From positions 3,945 to 67,944 of the IMG/VR virus record IMGVR_UViG_3300033182_000489: a stretch of 64,000 bases of DNA; one strand, 5' to 3'. Under the pieces are notes generated by a model that searched no databases, had not been told where the DNA came from, and worked only from the letters and a program-made list of their open reading frames with translations. The position numbers and the translations under genes are program-made. This document shows, piece after piece, positions 1 to 9,096 of this stretch. The stretch is from a virus. Within the stretch, counting starts at the first letter, position 1. Each line of letters starts with the position of its first letter.

Positions 1-650
1 TCGGTGATCGTCATGGTCCCGGACTCCATGACCATCGCGGTGTCCTTCTGGAAGGACGTGTTCCAGTCACCCCACCAGCAACCCTCGTAGTAGGTGATCA
101 GGATCTGGTGTGCTCCCGGCTCGGCACCGCTGCCGGTCGGGCCGCCGCCACCCAGAGCGCCGTCGTACTTGAGCGTTCCGTAGGAACCGAACCCGGTCTC
201 GACGCCCGCACCGTCACCCGAAGAAGTCAGTTCCTTGTCGGCGATGACCGAGAAGACGATCTGCTGCTCGACGTCGAACGGCCAGCGGTGGTGCCGCAGC
301 GACCGGACAGGGCCGGACACGCCGGAAGCGTAGCCAGTGCTCTGCCACAGGTTCGACAGGTAGAGCATCGTGCGCTCGACGGAAGCCGTCATCGGCTCCG
401 TGTTGCCCGGCACGAGTTCCGCGATGATGTCGCCGAAGCCGATGCCGCGCACAGGCTCGATGGTGCGGGACTCGGTGGGTCCGAAGTTGCTCAGGACGCC
501 GATCTGGAACAGACCGCGTCCACCGTAGGCGGGGGCAAGCACGCGGACCTTCTGCGTCACAACACTCCGGGTGTTGGGCGAGGTGCCGAACTTGTAGATC
601 TGCGACGACCCTTGGATGCCGCTCTGTGGATTGAGGTCTGTGTTCGCCAT
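1..650 (-). CDS. Probable tail tube protein (3' end runs off the window)
   Basis: Translated by hand from ATG 650 (not in ORF track): MANTDLNPQSGIQGSSQIYKFGTSPNTRSVV...ESRTIEPVRGIGFGDIIAELVPG...RWPFDVEQ...YYEGCW, a myophage tube-like pattern; GGAG upstream. Confidence 0.65.
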   Translation of the reverse strand, partial: MANTDLNPQSGIQGSSQIYKFGTSPNTRSVVTQKVRVLAPAYGGRGLFQIGVLSNFGPTESRTIEPVRGIGFGDIIAELVPGNTEPMTASVERTMLYLSNLWQSTGYASGVSGPVRSLRHHRWPFDVEQQIVFSVIADKELTSSGDGAGVETGFGSYGTLKYDGALGGGGPTGSGAEPGAHQILITYYEGCWWGDWNTSFQKDTAMVMESGTMTIT

Positions 651-682
651 GAGTCACTCCGGGGTGTGTCTATGCGGGGAGT

Positions 683-696
683 ATAGCCGGACTACC
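683..696 (-). promoter_or_regulatory. Class B (late-like) motif GGTAG-N5-CTAT
   Basis: GGTAG TCCGG CTAT, ~33 nt upstream of the tube gene. Confidence 0.65.
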
Positions 697-709
697 GAAC
701 CCCCCAGGA

Positions 710-1096
710 TCAGGTCCAGGAGGACCATGAGATCTTCTTGCCGCCGTCGTACTCGCGGGCCAGGCCCTCGTCGATCAGCACCTGGTTGACGCATGAGCCG
801 TCCTCGGCCCACACCTTGACCAGCAGCCTCCCGTACTTGTCGGGCTTCGCTACCGAGTGCAGGATCACCGTCTTGCCCAGGACCAGGTCTCGGACCCGAT
901 CCCTCGCCGTGTACGCGGCTTCCTTCTCGGCTGCGGACTTCGTGCGGATTTCTGGGGTGTCGATCCCCAGCAGGCGGCACTTGGCCTTGACCTCGATGGA
1001 CAGACCCAGATCAAGGCTGACCGTGATGGTGTCTCCGTCGTACACGGAGAGCACCTTGGCCCGGTAGACATACGGCGTGGGAATGCTGACAGGCAA
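710..1096 (-). CDS. Thermonuclease (SNase-like)
   Basis: VYDGDTI, RLLGIDTPE, DKYGRLL, VNQVLIDEGLA motifs. Confidence 0.92.
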   Translation of the reverse strand: MPVSIPTPYVYRAKVLSVYDGDTITVSLDLGLSIEVKAKCRLLGIDTPEIRTKSAAEKEAAYTARDRVRDLVLGKTVILHSVAKPDKYGRLLVKVWAEDGSCVNQVLIDEGLAREYDGGKKISWSSWT

Positions 1097-1180
1097 GGTA
1101 GTCCTCCTGTCTGAGCGGGATCATAGGCGGGGTATTGGTTTTTCTTCCTCTGGGGGGCACTGATCCTGCTGCGTTCCGGT

Positions 1181-1483
1181 ATGAGGAGCCATCACCACGG
1201 AGGGCATGTGTTCCGAAAGTACTCCTGCGACTGCATCGGCTTTGAGGTCACCGACGACAACGGGGACCGTCACGCATACTGCGTGTGGTCCTGCGATGCC
1301 CCGACCGACAGCCCGGACGTGGGCATGTGGGAGCGCCCCGGCCTGCTGGAGAAGACCAGCGAGCCTGTCCCCTTCAAGCGCACGGTCGAACTGCTCAATA
1401 GCATCGACCGCTACATCAGCGACGGCGACAGGTTCCGCGTCCTGTGCGCTACGCTCGGCGTCAACGCGCCAGGGCGGGGGTAG
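1181..1483 (+). CDS. Hypothetical protein (start may be GTG 1208)
   Basis: GC3-rich coding frame in a short plus-strand operon. Confidence 0.6.
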   Translation: MRSHHHGGHVFRKYSCDCIGFEVTDDNGDRHAYCVWSCDAPTDSPDVGMWERPGLLEKTSEPVPFKRTVELLNSIDRYISDGDRFRVLCATLGVNAPGRG

Positions 1484-1491
1484 AGTGGCCC

Positions 1492-1857
1492 ATGGCTGAC
1501 AGCGACGACAAGGTCATCGACCTCGACAGACACCGCATCCGGCTCGCCCTTGAAGGCAAGCCCGGAGCGCCGGACCTGGACACCACGCCCGTTGCCTACT
1601 TTGAGGTGGTGTGGGGCGAGGAGGTCTACGGCTGGAACGCGGTCTGCGTGGACATGGAGGAGTTGCGGAAGGGTGTCCCTGCCGCTGACCTGACCCTGCG
1701 CCAGCCTGAGCGAAGCAACGAGGTCGAGTTGATCGTCCGCCACCTGCGGACCATCGCCAACGACATCGCCCTTCAATACCGACTCAATCATCTGCTTGAT
1801 CCCCACCCCGACGACGAGCCTGTGCGGCTCGGCGGACAGAAGGACGGCGAGGAATGA
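1492..1857 (+). CDS. Hypothetical protein
   Basis: MADSDDKVIDLDRHR..., coding-like codon usage. Confidence 0.65.
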   Translation: MADSDDKVIDLDRHRIRLALEGKPGAPDLDTTPVAYFEVVWGEEVYGWNAVCVDMEELRKGVPAADLTLRQPERSNEVELIVRHLRTIANDIALQYRLNHLLDPHPDDEPVRLGGQKDGEE

Positions 1858-1989
1858 GCACTGCTGCCATCTACAAGGTTGTGTGGTCCAATGAGCACAA
1901 CTCCGGCGAGTTGCCCGACGAGTACCAATGGGAGGTCGTTCGTGTTGACCCCCCGATTCCCAACCACCCCTTACACGAGGAGAAGACCC

Positions 1990-2169
1990 ATGAGCATGAC
2001 CGACAAGATTGACCGCATCATCGCTGACCTCCAGGCTGCCCGTGCCGACGCTGAGAAGTGCGACGGCGGCAAGGCTGGAGCACCCGGCACCCGGCTTCGC
2101 AAGGCCGCGAGCCAGGCGAGCAAGGATCTGGCCGAACTCCGCAAGGACGTTCTGGCTGCGCGGGGCTAA
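1990..2169 (+). CDS. Histone H1-like Hc1-family small protein
   Basis: DAEKCDGGKAGAPGTRLRKA...LAELRKDV resembles the Hc1-like pattern DAEK..GNKAAGTR.RK; GAGGAG RBS. Confidence 0.6.
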   Translation: MSMTDKIDRIIADLQAARADAEKCDGGKAGAPGTRLRKAASQASKDLAELRKDVLAARG

Positions 2170-2242
2170 TCACCCCCCAGCGATCCAAAGTCGCACCGAT
2201 AGCGGTGAAACTCTGACCCTCTGCGCTGTAAGTGCAGAGGGT

Positions 2243-2839
2243 CTACTGCTTTTTGGGGCTGTGGGCCTTCCGGGTGTCCCTTGCAGCCTTCGCCATGGTG
2301 TCGGCCTTCGACTGCTCCTCACCCTTGCGGAGCCGGACCAGGGCCTTGCGGTCCTCGGCCTTCATGCGGCTGTTGCCGAACAGGGTCATCTGTCCCGTGT
2401 CTCGGTCCTGCCAGCGGGAGGTGAGGCCCGTAGCGCCCGGCTTGTACGCCTTGACCAGTTTCGGGTCCATGTGGCGGATGGCGATGTCCCAGATCATCGA
2501 CAGGTGGGTGCCCGCGCTGATCAGCAACGGCTGCCCGTTGTACATGGTGCTCTGCCGCTCCTTGAACAGCAGGATGCCTGACCCGGTGCGGAGTTCCAGG
2601 TCGAAGTAGTGGACCGGCATGGGCGTGGCGGGGCGGTCGAAGTTCATGATCAGCGGGATGGCCAACCGGAGGTCACCCGCAACGCTGCCCTCGACCCCCT
2701 TGATGTGACCCCACCCCTTGATGAAGACGTCCAGGTCACGAGTGGCGATCAGCCGCTCCAGGACTTCCTGTTCCGTCTCGGACATCGGGGTGTAGTTGCT
2801 CCCCTTGATGCCTCCAAAGCGGTTCTTGTCTGCGGCCAT
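2243..2839 (-). CDS. Hypothetical protein
   Basis: 198 aa ORF with AAGGAG RBS. Confidence 0.75.
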   Translation of the reverse strand: MAADKNRFGGIKGSNYTPMSETEQEVLERLIATRDLDVFIKGWGHIKGVEGSVAGDLRLAIPLIMNFDRPATPMPVHYFDLELRTGSGILLFKERQSTMYNGQPLLISAGTHLSMIWDIAIRHMDPKLVKAYKPGATGLTSRWQDRDTGQMTLFGNSRMKAEDRKALVRLRKGEEQSKADTMAKAARDTRKAHSPKKQ

Positions 2840-2860
2840 GGTTGCTCCTTCGCCCCCGGA

Positions 2861-3283
2861 TCATACCCGTGAGACGTAGCAGGCTCGGGGTCGGCCCTTC
2901 TTCTCCCCTGCGTAGAAATCCAGCATGGAGCCGATGACCGGAGTGAAGGGCTCTACCAGGTCACTCCGGTGCAGGAAGTACAGGTCTGGGCCGCGCTCGA
3001 TGAAGCCCCAACCCTTCACGGGGTCAAAGGACTTCACGGTCCCCCGTAGCCGCGTAGGCGGCTGCTTCCGCTGCACGGATGCTGCTCGGGGGGAGCGTCC
3101 CCCTGGGACCACGTCTGGAACCTCGACCAACTCCCCCGCGATGGGGAGCGGTTCGCCCGGATGAAGGCGCACGAAGTCCTCCACCCGAAAGTACACTCGA
3201 TCTGTGATCCCGCCTTCACCGACGGGTTGGCAGAAGCCATAGCCATTCACCATCGAGTAGAGGTCCACTCGCATGGTGGGCAT
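2861..3283 (-). CDS. Tandem cold-shock-domain protein
   Basis: Two OB-fold motifs: NGYGFC..VYFRVEDF and GTVKSFDPVKGWGFI..YFLHRSDL. Confidence 0.85.
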   Translation of the reverse strand: MPTMRVDLYSMVNGYGFCQPVGEGGITDRVYFRVEDFVRLHPGEPLPIAGELVEVPDVVPGGRSPRAASVQRKQPPTRLRGTVKSFDPVKGWGFIERGPDLYFLHRSDLVEPFTPVIGSMLDFYAGEKKGRPRACYVSRV

Positions 3284-3312
3284 CCCGTCCTCCAATAGGT
3301 ACGTCGCGGCGA

Positions 3313-3621
3313 TCACTCGCTCGCGTACAACGCATCGAGGATCTGAGCCTTCGTCCATCCCCCCTGGAGTTCCACACCAGCGTCCTCGGCAGCAGCGATC
3401 AACTGTGCCTTCGTGTTCGCCAAGGTCAACTTCTCCGCTTCCGTCTCGGGAGCAGGGGCAGGGGCAGGAGCAGCCTCAACGGCGGGTTCCGGTGCGGGAG
3501 CAGGGGCGGGTGCTGCTTCCGGCTCGGGGGCAGGCACAGGCTTGTGCATGACGGGGGTTCCGCCACCAGTAGGGGGACGACGGACGGCCCGCTGGATGTT
3601 CTTGAGGTTGATGATTGCCAT
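3313..3621 (-). CDS. Pro/Ala linker protein with C-terminal HeH (Rho-N/LEM-like) motif
   Basis: PAPEP repeats then TKAQLIAAAEDAGVELQGGWTKAQILDAL. Confidence 0.7.
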   Translation of the reverse strand: MAIINLKNIQRAVRRPPTGGGTPVMHKPVPAPEPEAAPAPAPAPEPAVEAAPAPAPAPETEAEKLTLANTKAQLIAAAEDAGVELQGGWTKAQILDALYASE

Positions 3622-3638
3622 GTGAGGTTCCTCTCGGT

Positions 3639-4010
3639 TCAAGGTTTCGGGACTTCCAGCCATACCCCGGCTCGGACTTCCTTCTTCTGGATGTTGTCGT
3701 CCATCGTCGTCTCGTCCACCTTCGGCCACTGGAAGTAGTCGGGGTGCTTCTGAGCGAGAGCGGTCAAACGCTCCTGTGACACCTGGTCCATGGTGGGGAG
3801 CAGGTCGAAGTACTGGCGTCGAGCCACGGGGTTGTTGCGGACGGTCCACAGAATGAACTCGTCCTCCAGCACAGCAGGGTTGCCGGGGTACTTGACCCGC
3901 ACCACGCGCCCATCCGGCAGCGTCTCAAGAGTGGTCGGACCGCCTTGCAGTCCGTTCACCTGCGCTGCGCCGAACGTCCAGAATCCGTAGGGCTGTGCTT
4001 GCTGTGCCAT
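3639..4010 (-). CDS. Hypothetical protein
   Basis: GGAGG RBS; class B motif upstream. Confidence 0.7.
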   Translation of the reverse strand: MAQQAQPYGFWTFGAAQVNGLQGGPTTLETLPDGRVVRVKYPGNPAVLEDEFILWTVRNNPVARRQYFDLLPTMDQVSQERLTALAQKHPDYFQWPKVDETTMDDNIQKKEVRAGVWLEVPKP

Positions 4011-4034
4011 CTGGCCTCCACACAAGAGAATCCC

Positions 4035-4048
4035 ATAGGGACACTACC
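4035..4048 (-). promoter_or_regulatory. Class B motif
   Basis: GGTAG TGTCC CTAT. Confidence 0.6.
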
Positions 4049-4577
4049 GAGGCGGGAGTTTCTTTGTGTGCAGCGGGGTGCTGGTAGACACCTCGTCCCG
4101 CAGCCGTCGGCTGGGCACGTCGTTCTCGGGCCGGGCTTCCGTGTTCCGGGCCGCAGAGATCGCTTCCATGATCTTCCGCTTCTGGCGTCCGAGGAGACTG
4201 ATGTCGAGACCCAACCCTTCGGCCTCCTTCCGCAAGGCATCCAGTGAGGGGAGTCCCGCCCCTCCGGGCGCGGTCGTGACGTTGGGGTCGTGCCGTTCCT
4301 TTGCGTAGGAGATCCGCAGGCACACGGACCCGTCGGCCCCCACCTCGATGGAGGCGTTTCCACGGCGGCGGTGTCCCTTCATCATGTCCTTCGCTGCCAG
4401 AGCGACGAGGCTGTTGTCCGCGAGTGCCTCGTTGGCTCGGCGGATGGCCTCACTGGCCTCCTTGACCAACGTACCGACAGTCGTGAAGCCGTCGCCATCC
4501 GGCACGGCCACCGACAGCAGCGCGGACCGGAAGGGCTCCTGGACCGGGATGTCTACGGGTTTGAGTTTGCGTGTCAC
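4044..4577 (-). CDS. Hypothetical protein with HeH-like motif
   Basis: GTG start after GGAGGGAGG; LPSLDALRKEAEGLGLDISLLGRQKRKIMEAI. Confidence 0.6.
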   Translation of the reverse strand: MTRKLKPVDIPVQEPFRSALLSVAVPDGDGFTTVGTLVKEASEAIRRANEALADNSLVALAAKDMMKGHRRRGNASIEVGADGSVCLRISYAKERHDPNVTTAPGGAGLPSLDALRKEAEGLGLDISLLGRQKRKIMEAISAARNTEARPENDVPSRRLRDEVSTSTPLHTKKLPPR

Positions 4578-4704
4578 GGCTGTACCTCCCTCCATCTGTA
4601 CCCGACAGCAACCAAAGTCCACCCCCCTGTCTCGTAAGCGGGGGTCAAACATAGCCCTCGATGGGTACATTTCTTTCACACCCACCCCAAAGTGAGGGCA
4701 TCCG

Positions 4705-5367
4705 ATGAACCACAAGGCGATCTGCTTCCTGGACACTGAAACCACCGGCCTCGACCCGCAGAAGGCCGAGGTCATCGAGGTCGCGGTGATCCGCCGTGAT
4801 CCTGATGGCACCGAGACTCGGTTCCACACGCTGATCAAGCCTGAGCGCATCGAGGACGCCCACCCGAAGGCGCTGGAGGTCAACGGCTACGCTGATGATC
4901 CCTCACGCTGGGACGACGCCCCGACGATGGCCGAGGTCGGCGACCAGATCGCGGACATCACGAGAAACTCGGTCATCTGCGGCCACAACGTCTCGTTCGA
5001 CGAGGCCATGATCTCGGCCAACTTCAAGCGGTCCGGGGTCAAGCGCCGCATCCCGTACCACAAGATCGACACCGTGACGCTGGCCTGGGAGCACCTGGTC
5101 CCCATGGGACTGGAGCGCATGAGCATGGATCGCATCCGGGAGTTCCTCGGTTGGTCGAAGGAGGGGGCCCACACGGCGATGAAGGACGCCGAGGACGCCA
5201 TGAGCCTCTACGACCTGCTGTGCAGGATCACCCCGGAGAGGCGGGAAGACCTGCGCCGCTACCTGACCATCAAGAAGATCCACGACGAGTCCGAGGAGGA
5301 GACGCCCTGGATCTGGGACGACTACCACTCCCCTCCACAGGGTGATCAGGGCAAGTCGGAGGAGTAG
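4705..5367 (+). CDS. DEDDh 3'-5' exonuclease (DnaQ/epsilon-like)
   Basis: LDTETTGL, GHNVSFD, IDT, AHTAMKDA. Confidence 0.93.
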   Translation: MNHKAICFLDTETTGLDPQKAEVIEVAVIRRDPDGTETRFHTLIKPERIEDAHPKALEVNGYADDPSRWDDAPTMAEVGDQIADITRNSVICGHNVSFDEAMISANFKRSGVKRRIPYHKIDTVTLAWEHLVPMGLERMSMDRIREFLGWSKEGAHTAMKDAEDAMSLYDLLCRITPERREDLRRYLTIKKIHDESEEETPWIWDDYHSPPQGDQGKSEE

Positions 5368-5485
5368 GTGTCCGCAAGCACCCCTGTCGTGCGTCTCCGG
5401 GATAGCACACACCACAGGAGTGCCCATGGGGTCTTCCTGCGGTCCCCTGACCCCGATGGTGAGGGCGGCATCTACTGGTGGTCGC

Positions 5486-5499
5486 GGTAGGGAGCCTAT
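5486..5499 (+). promoter_or_regulatory. Class B motif
   Basis: GGTAG GGAGC CTAT upstream of ORF 5539. Confidence 0.6.
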
Positions 5500-5538
5500 G
5501 GGCGATGGTTAGAGTGAACCCTCAACCCGGAGCCTCTC

Positions 5539-5751
5539 ATGCCTTCTCGTTCCACCACTTCTGAGTACCAGCCCTCTCCCCCCTTCAACCGTCTGCGCGT
5601 CAAGGGCAGCGGATCCAGCGAGAGCGCCATGCCCGCCAACGGTGTGACGGTGGCCAACACCACCAACACCGTGCGCCCCAACGCTTGCTGTGCGCCGACC
5701 TCGGCCACCACCGGGAACATGCCGAAGATCACGCCGCGCTTCTCGGCGTAG
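5539..5751 (+). CDS. Small hypothetical protein
   Basis: GGAG RBS, class B motif upstream, terminator downstream. Confidence 0.6.
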   Translation: MPSRSTTSEYQPSPPFNRLRVKGSGSSESAMPANGVTVANTTNTVRPNACCAPTSATTGNMPKITPRFSA

Positions 5752-5781
5752 CCTTTCCGACTCCTGCTCCCTGCGGAGTCA

Positions 5782-5810
5782 GAAGCCCTCGCCAATCCGG
5801 CGGGGGCTTC
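5782..5810. terminator. Hairpin terminator between convergent genes
   Basis: GAAGCCCTCGCC-AATCC-GGCGGGGGCTTC. Confidence 0.65.
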
Positions 5811-5816
5811 CTCGTT

Positions 5817-6164
5817 TTAGGACAGGGCAGAAATCAGGTCGGTCTTCTTCATGGACGAGTAGCCCTTGATCCCACGCTCCTTCGCGAGGGCCTTCAACTC
5901 GGTGACCTTCATCTTGGTCAGGTCCACCGCCTCGACGACCTCCTCCACGGCGTCCTCGACGGCTTCGACAGCCTCGACGACTTCCTGCTTGATCTCCTCC
6001 ACGGTCTCCTTGACCTCGGCGACATCCTCAGCGATGCGCTCGGGCGGCTTCTTGCCGAGGCGTCGGAACGCCTTGACCAGGGTGGCCCATGGGGTGCAGG
6101 TCTTCTTCCGGGAGGAGCCACGCTCGTGGCCCTTGACCATCTTCTTGGCGATGCGCTTGTTCAT
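5817..6164 (-). CDS. Rho termination factor N-terminal (HeH) domain protein
   Basis: DLTKMKVTELKALAKERGIKGYSSMKKTDLISAL after basic N-terminus and acidic E/V/A stretch. Confidence 0.85.
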   Translation of the reverse strand: MNKRIAKKMVKGHERGSSRKKTCTPWATLVKAFRRLGKKPPERIAEDVAEVKETVEEIKQEVVEAVEAVEDAVEEVVEAVDLTKMKVTELKALAKERGIKGYSSMKKTDLISALS

Positions 6165-7180
6165 CAGTCTTCCTCGTGCTCCTGCATGGCCTGGATCAGC
6201 AGACCTCGCGCAACAGCGTTCAATGGGTCCGAGGCATGACGGATTTCACTGACCTCGATGGGGAATCGCTTCCGCTTCTTCTCAAACACCTGCTCAAAGA
6301 AGGGCAGGAAGTTGCCAGCGAGGGACGTGCCGCCGCTGACCACGATGGGAATCGGCTTCGGCAGGGCGAAGCGGTCCTTGATCTTCATGAACTCGCGGGC
6401 CGTCTGGTCCACGCAGTACTCGATCAGGCTCTTGTAGTAGAGGGCGAGGGCTTCTTCCTCACGGGACTTCGGGTCCATGAGGTCGATGCCCTTCTCCTTG
6501 AGGGCGCAGATGCGGCTCTGGGTGCTGCCGGTCGCCTTCGCGGCCCCAGCGTCGATCCAGTCGCCACCACGCGCCACGGAGAAGCACAGCCCCTCCACGC
6601 CCGAGACGGCGAGAGCGAGGTTGCACATGCCGGACCCGAACGAGATGCCCAGACCGGAGAAGCCGTCGGCGGCAGTCTCGGCGTAGACGATGGCCATGGC
6701 CTCGTTGCCAGCGTAGGCGTCGAACCCGCACTCGCTCACGATGCGCTCAAACACCCCTCGGTGGTAGACGACATCGCGGTCGGCATCCACGGGAGCGGCG
6801 GGCACGGAGAAATAGCAGGCTTCGTCCTCGGAGACGGGGTCACCGAGGACGTTCTTGATCATCACGCCGAGGACATCGAGAGCATCCATCTCACCCGCCG
6901 AGATCAAGCCCTGCGACAGTGGACGCCGGGCCTCGCGACCGAAGACGTTGGCCATCTCCATGGCGGCATCTCCGACGACGATGATCCCGTCCTCTCCGTG
7001 GTCAATGAAGTTGACTCCAGACAACTTGAGCATTCGCTTCGCCCCTGCGTCGAGGTCCAGGAACGCATCACGCATCCGGCTGGTCTCAACCGACCCATCC
7101 GTGGTGCGCCTGGCCGAGACGATGTTCATGGTGCCAATGTCCAGACCGACACCCAGGGGGGCTTGCTTCTTCGTTGCCAT
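6164..7180 (-). CDS. Actin-like ATPase, volactin-like
   Basis: Phosphate-1 GLDIGTMNI, connect-1 NEAMA, phosphate-2 GISFGSGMCN, RGGDWID, adenosine VSGGTS, DPLNAVARG. Confidence 0.88.
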   Translation of the reverse strand: MATKKQAPLGVGLDIGTMNIVSARRTTDGSVETSRMRDAFLDLDAGAKRMLKLSGVNFIDHGEDGIIVVGDAAMEMANVFGREARRPLSQGLISAGEMDALDVLGVMIKNVLGDPVSEDEACYFSVPAAPVDADRDVVYHRGVFERIVSECGFDAYAGNEAMAIVYAETAADGFSGLGISFGSGMCNLALAVSGVEGLCFSVARGGDWIDAGAAKATGSTQSRICALKEKGIDLMDPKSREEEALALYYKSLIEYCVDQTAREFMKIKDRFALPKPIPIVVSGGTSLAGNFLPFFEQVFEKKRKRFPIEVSEIRHASDPLNAVARGLLIQAMQEHEED

Positions 7181-7189
7181 GTGATTCTC

Positions 7190-7855
7190 CTACGACTTCT
7201 TCTTGCGGAGGGCCTTGAGGGCGGATGCAGCGTCATCCAGCCCACCAGCATCAGCAGAGGAGTCGGACTTGACTGTGAGGTTTTCTGTGTCAGACCTGAC
7301 AATACCCGTGGGAATGAACAAGGGCTCCTCGGGCCCGTTGACCACGAGGTCTGTAGGTGACGAGGCTGAGGATGCGGGGGCGATCTGGGCCGTCCGCAGG
7401 GCTTGTGACACGGCCTGCTGGACCACCTCCTCGATGCCCGCCGTAGGAGCGGCGCTGGGCGCGGCGTTCGCCAGGAGCGTCTGCATCTGCGAGGTCATAG
7501 CAGCGATGGCCTGTGCAGCGGCCTCGGTGGCGGCCTTCTCGACCATCGCCTGAGCCTGCTCCGCTGTGACCCCCTCCTTGACCACTTCTTTGGTCGTGTG
7601 GTGGACCGTGTTGTGGCGAGGCACCTTGCTCGGACGGGACAGCCCAACCGTGTGGATCTTCGGCTTGTTTGGGGGGTCTTGAGACACTCGGCACCTCTGG
7701 CTGGAGGATACCCGCACCTTCCCCAGCCTTATGAGGGTCTGGAGACAGGCGGATCGCTTGAAGTCCTCCTGTTCGATCCACACCGGACCTGGCCCGACGG
7801 TGATCCCGAGGTCTTCGATGGGGGTTGGTTTGTCGGCATCCACTCGCAACGGCAT
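7190..7855 (-). CDS. Hypothetical protein (candidate actin partner)
   Basis: Coupled upstream of the actin gene; Ala-rich linker, C-terminal LDDAASALKALRKKKS. Confidence 0.65.
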   Translation of the reverse strand: MPLRVDADKPTPIEDLGITVGPGPVWIEQEDFKRSACLQTLIRLGKVRVSSSQRCRVSQDPPNKPKIHTVGLSRPSKVPRHNTVHHTTKEVVKEGVTAEQAQAMVEKAATEAAAQAIAAMTSQMQTLLANAAPSAAPTAGIEEVVQQAVSQALRTAQIAPASSASSPTDLVVNGPEEPLFIPTGIVRSDTENLTVKSDSSADAGGLDDAASALKALRKKKS

Positions 7856-8412
7856 CAAAACAGGTCTCCTTGAGTGAGGGCCAGTTGGACGATCTCCTCG
7901 GCCAACTCCTCCATCACCCTTACCCGCCCCTTCTTCACACCTCGCTCGATGAAGGTGTACCGAAGAAAACCGGGGTGGATCCATGCGTCGGCTGTGGTCA
8001 TTGGAGCCGAACGGAAGATCACGGTCCCTTCCTGGGTCACCAGAGGCACCGTCTTGACCTTCGGCTGCATGAGCCAGGTCATCGGGAAGGGCTTCGACGC
8101 ACCCTTCTCCCCCGGCTTCGCCATGTGCTGCTCGGCTGTGGGCCAGTCCGAGACGATCTCGATCTGCTTGTTGGAGATCCGGTACGAGAAGGACTCCACG
8201 AACTTGCGGCTGTCAGGGATCGGCACCGGCTTGCCTCGGCCCCGGAGGCCAGCCGTCTTCGCCATGTCCTTCATGATCTCCTTCTTCACGGAGTCGAGGA
8301 TGATCTCGGCGGCCTTCCTGAGCATGGTCGGCGGCATCTGGACTGCGTTGGGCGCATCCCGCTTGAGCAGGGGCTTCCCGTAGACGCCCCGGAGCCGCAT
8401 GTTCTTACTCAC
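7855..8412 (-). CDS. Hypothetical protein, possibly tail-completion/neck
   Basis: Overlapping start/stop; WIHPG..TFIERGV pattern. Confidence 0.6.
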   Translation of the reverse strand: MSKNMRLRGVYGKPLLKRDAPNAVQMPPTMLRKAAEIILDSVKKEIMKDMAKTAGLRGRGKPVPIPDSRKFVESFSYRISNKQIEIVSDWPTAEQHMAKPGEKGASKPFPMTWLMQPKVKTVPLVTQEGTVIFRSAPMTTADAWIHPGFLRYTFIERGVKKGRVRVMEELAEEIVQLALTQGDLF

Positions 8413-8719
8413 CGAACACCTTCCATAGGGTCACACCCAGCGAGATCACCGACAGGACGGATCCCATGATGGCCAGGCGCTTGCTGAAACGCGCCTGGGT
8501 GTAGGCGTCACCGAGGTTGTCCCGCTTGATCTTGTAGTCGAAGTGGTCCATCGGAGTCAGGCCGGGGACGCGCTCAAAGAAGTCTTTGCACTCCCGCTGC
8601 TCAAACACGTCGTCGTCCATGAGGCGGTGCTGATACCAGAGGCACACCCCTGCGTATTTCTGCTCGTGGTGGTTGTCAGGGTACTTCGACCACAGCCCAC
8701 ATCGTCCGCATCTCGCCAT
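8405..8719 (-). CDS. Cys-rich protein with C-terminal transmembrane helix
   Basis: CGRC..C..C and hydrophobic LAIMGSVLSVISLGVTLW. Confidence 0.65.
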   Translation of the reverse strand: MARCGRCGLWSKYPDNHHEQKYAGVCLWYQHRLMDDDVFEQRECKDFFERVPGLTPMDHFDYKIKRDNLGDAYTQARFSKRLAIMGSVLSVISLGVTLWKVFGE

Positions 8720-8762
8720 GACGGCCTCCTACAGGGAGATCACCATAGGAAAGGTAGCGGGA

Positions 8763-9089
8763 TCAGTGCTCGCCTTCGCCCAGGATGGCGAACGTGGGAG
8801 TCCCTTCCCCCACCCATGCGCCCGACGTGTTGAAGCCGAACCAGTCACGAGCCGCGTCGAAGTCGCAGTCCAGCCACTTCATGATGGCCTCCAGGCACTT
8901 GTCGATGTCGTAGACGGCGACGTGGACGCGAGCCTGGCGGGGCCAACTGTCGTTGGGGTCATCCGTGACCCCGATCAGGGCAGGGTCGTAGACCTCACGA
9001 GGCTCCAGGAGCATCGCGTTGGGATTCAGTGTCTCCAACTCCCGTAGGACTTCCTCGACGCTCACGACCCGCTCCTTGCTATGCGCCAT
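8763..9089 (-). CDS. Phage hypothetical protein
   Basis: DPALIG..AVYD..ARDWFGFNTSGAWVGEGTPTF, a pattern recalled from phage hypothetical proteins. Confidence 0.75.
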   Translation of the reverse strand: MAHSKERVVSVEEVLRELETLNPNAMLLEPREVYDPALIGVTDDPNDSWPRQARVHVAVYDIDKCLEAIMKWLDCDFDAARDWFGFNTSGAWVGEGTPTFAILGEGEH

Positions 9090-9096
9090 CCTACCC

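Noticed and set aside
108-980. Track ORFs 108-686, 214-657 and 654-980
   Set aside because: Wrong frames; the convincing gene is the minus-strand frame from 650 that runs off the window
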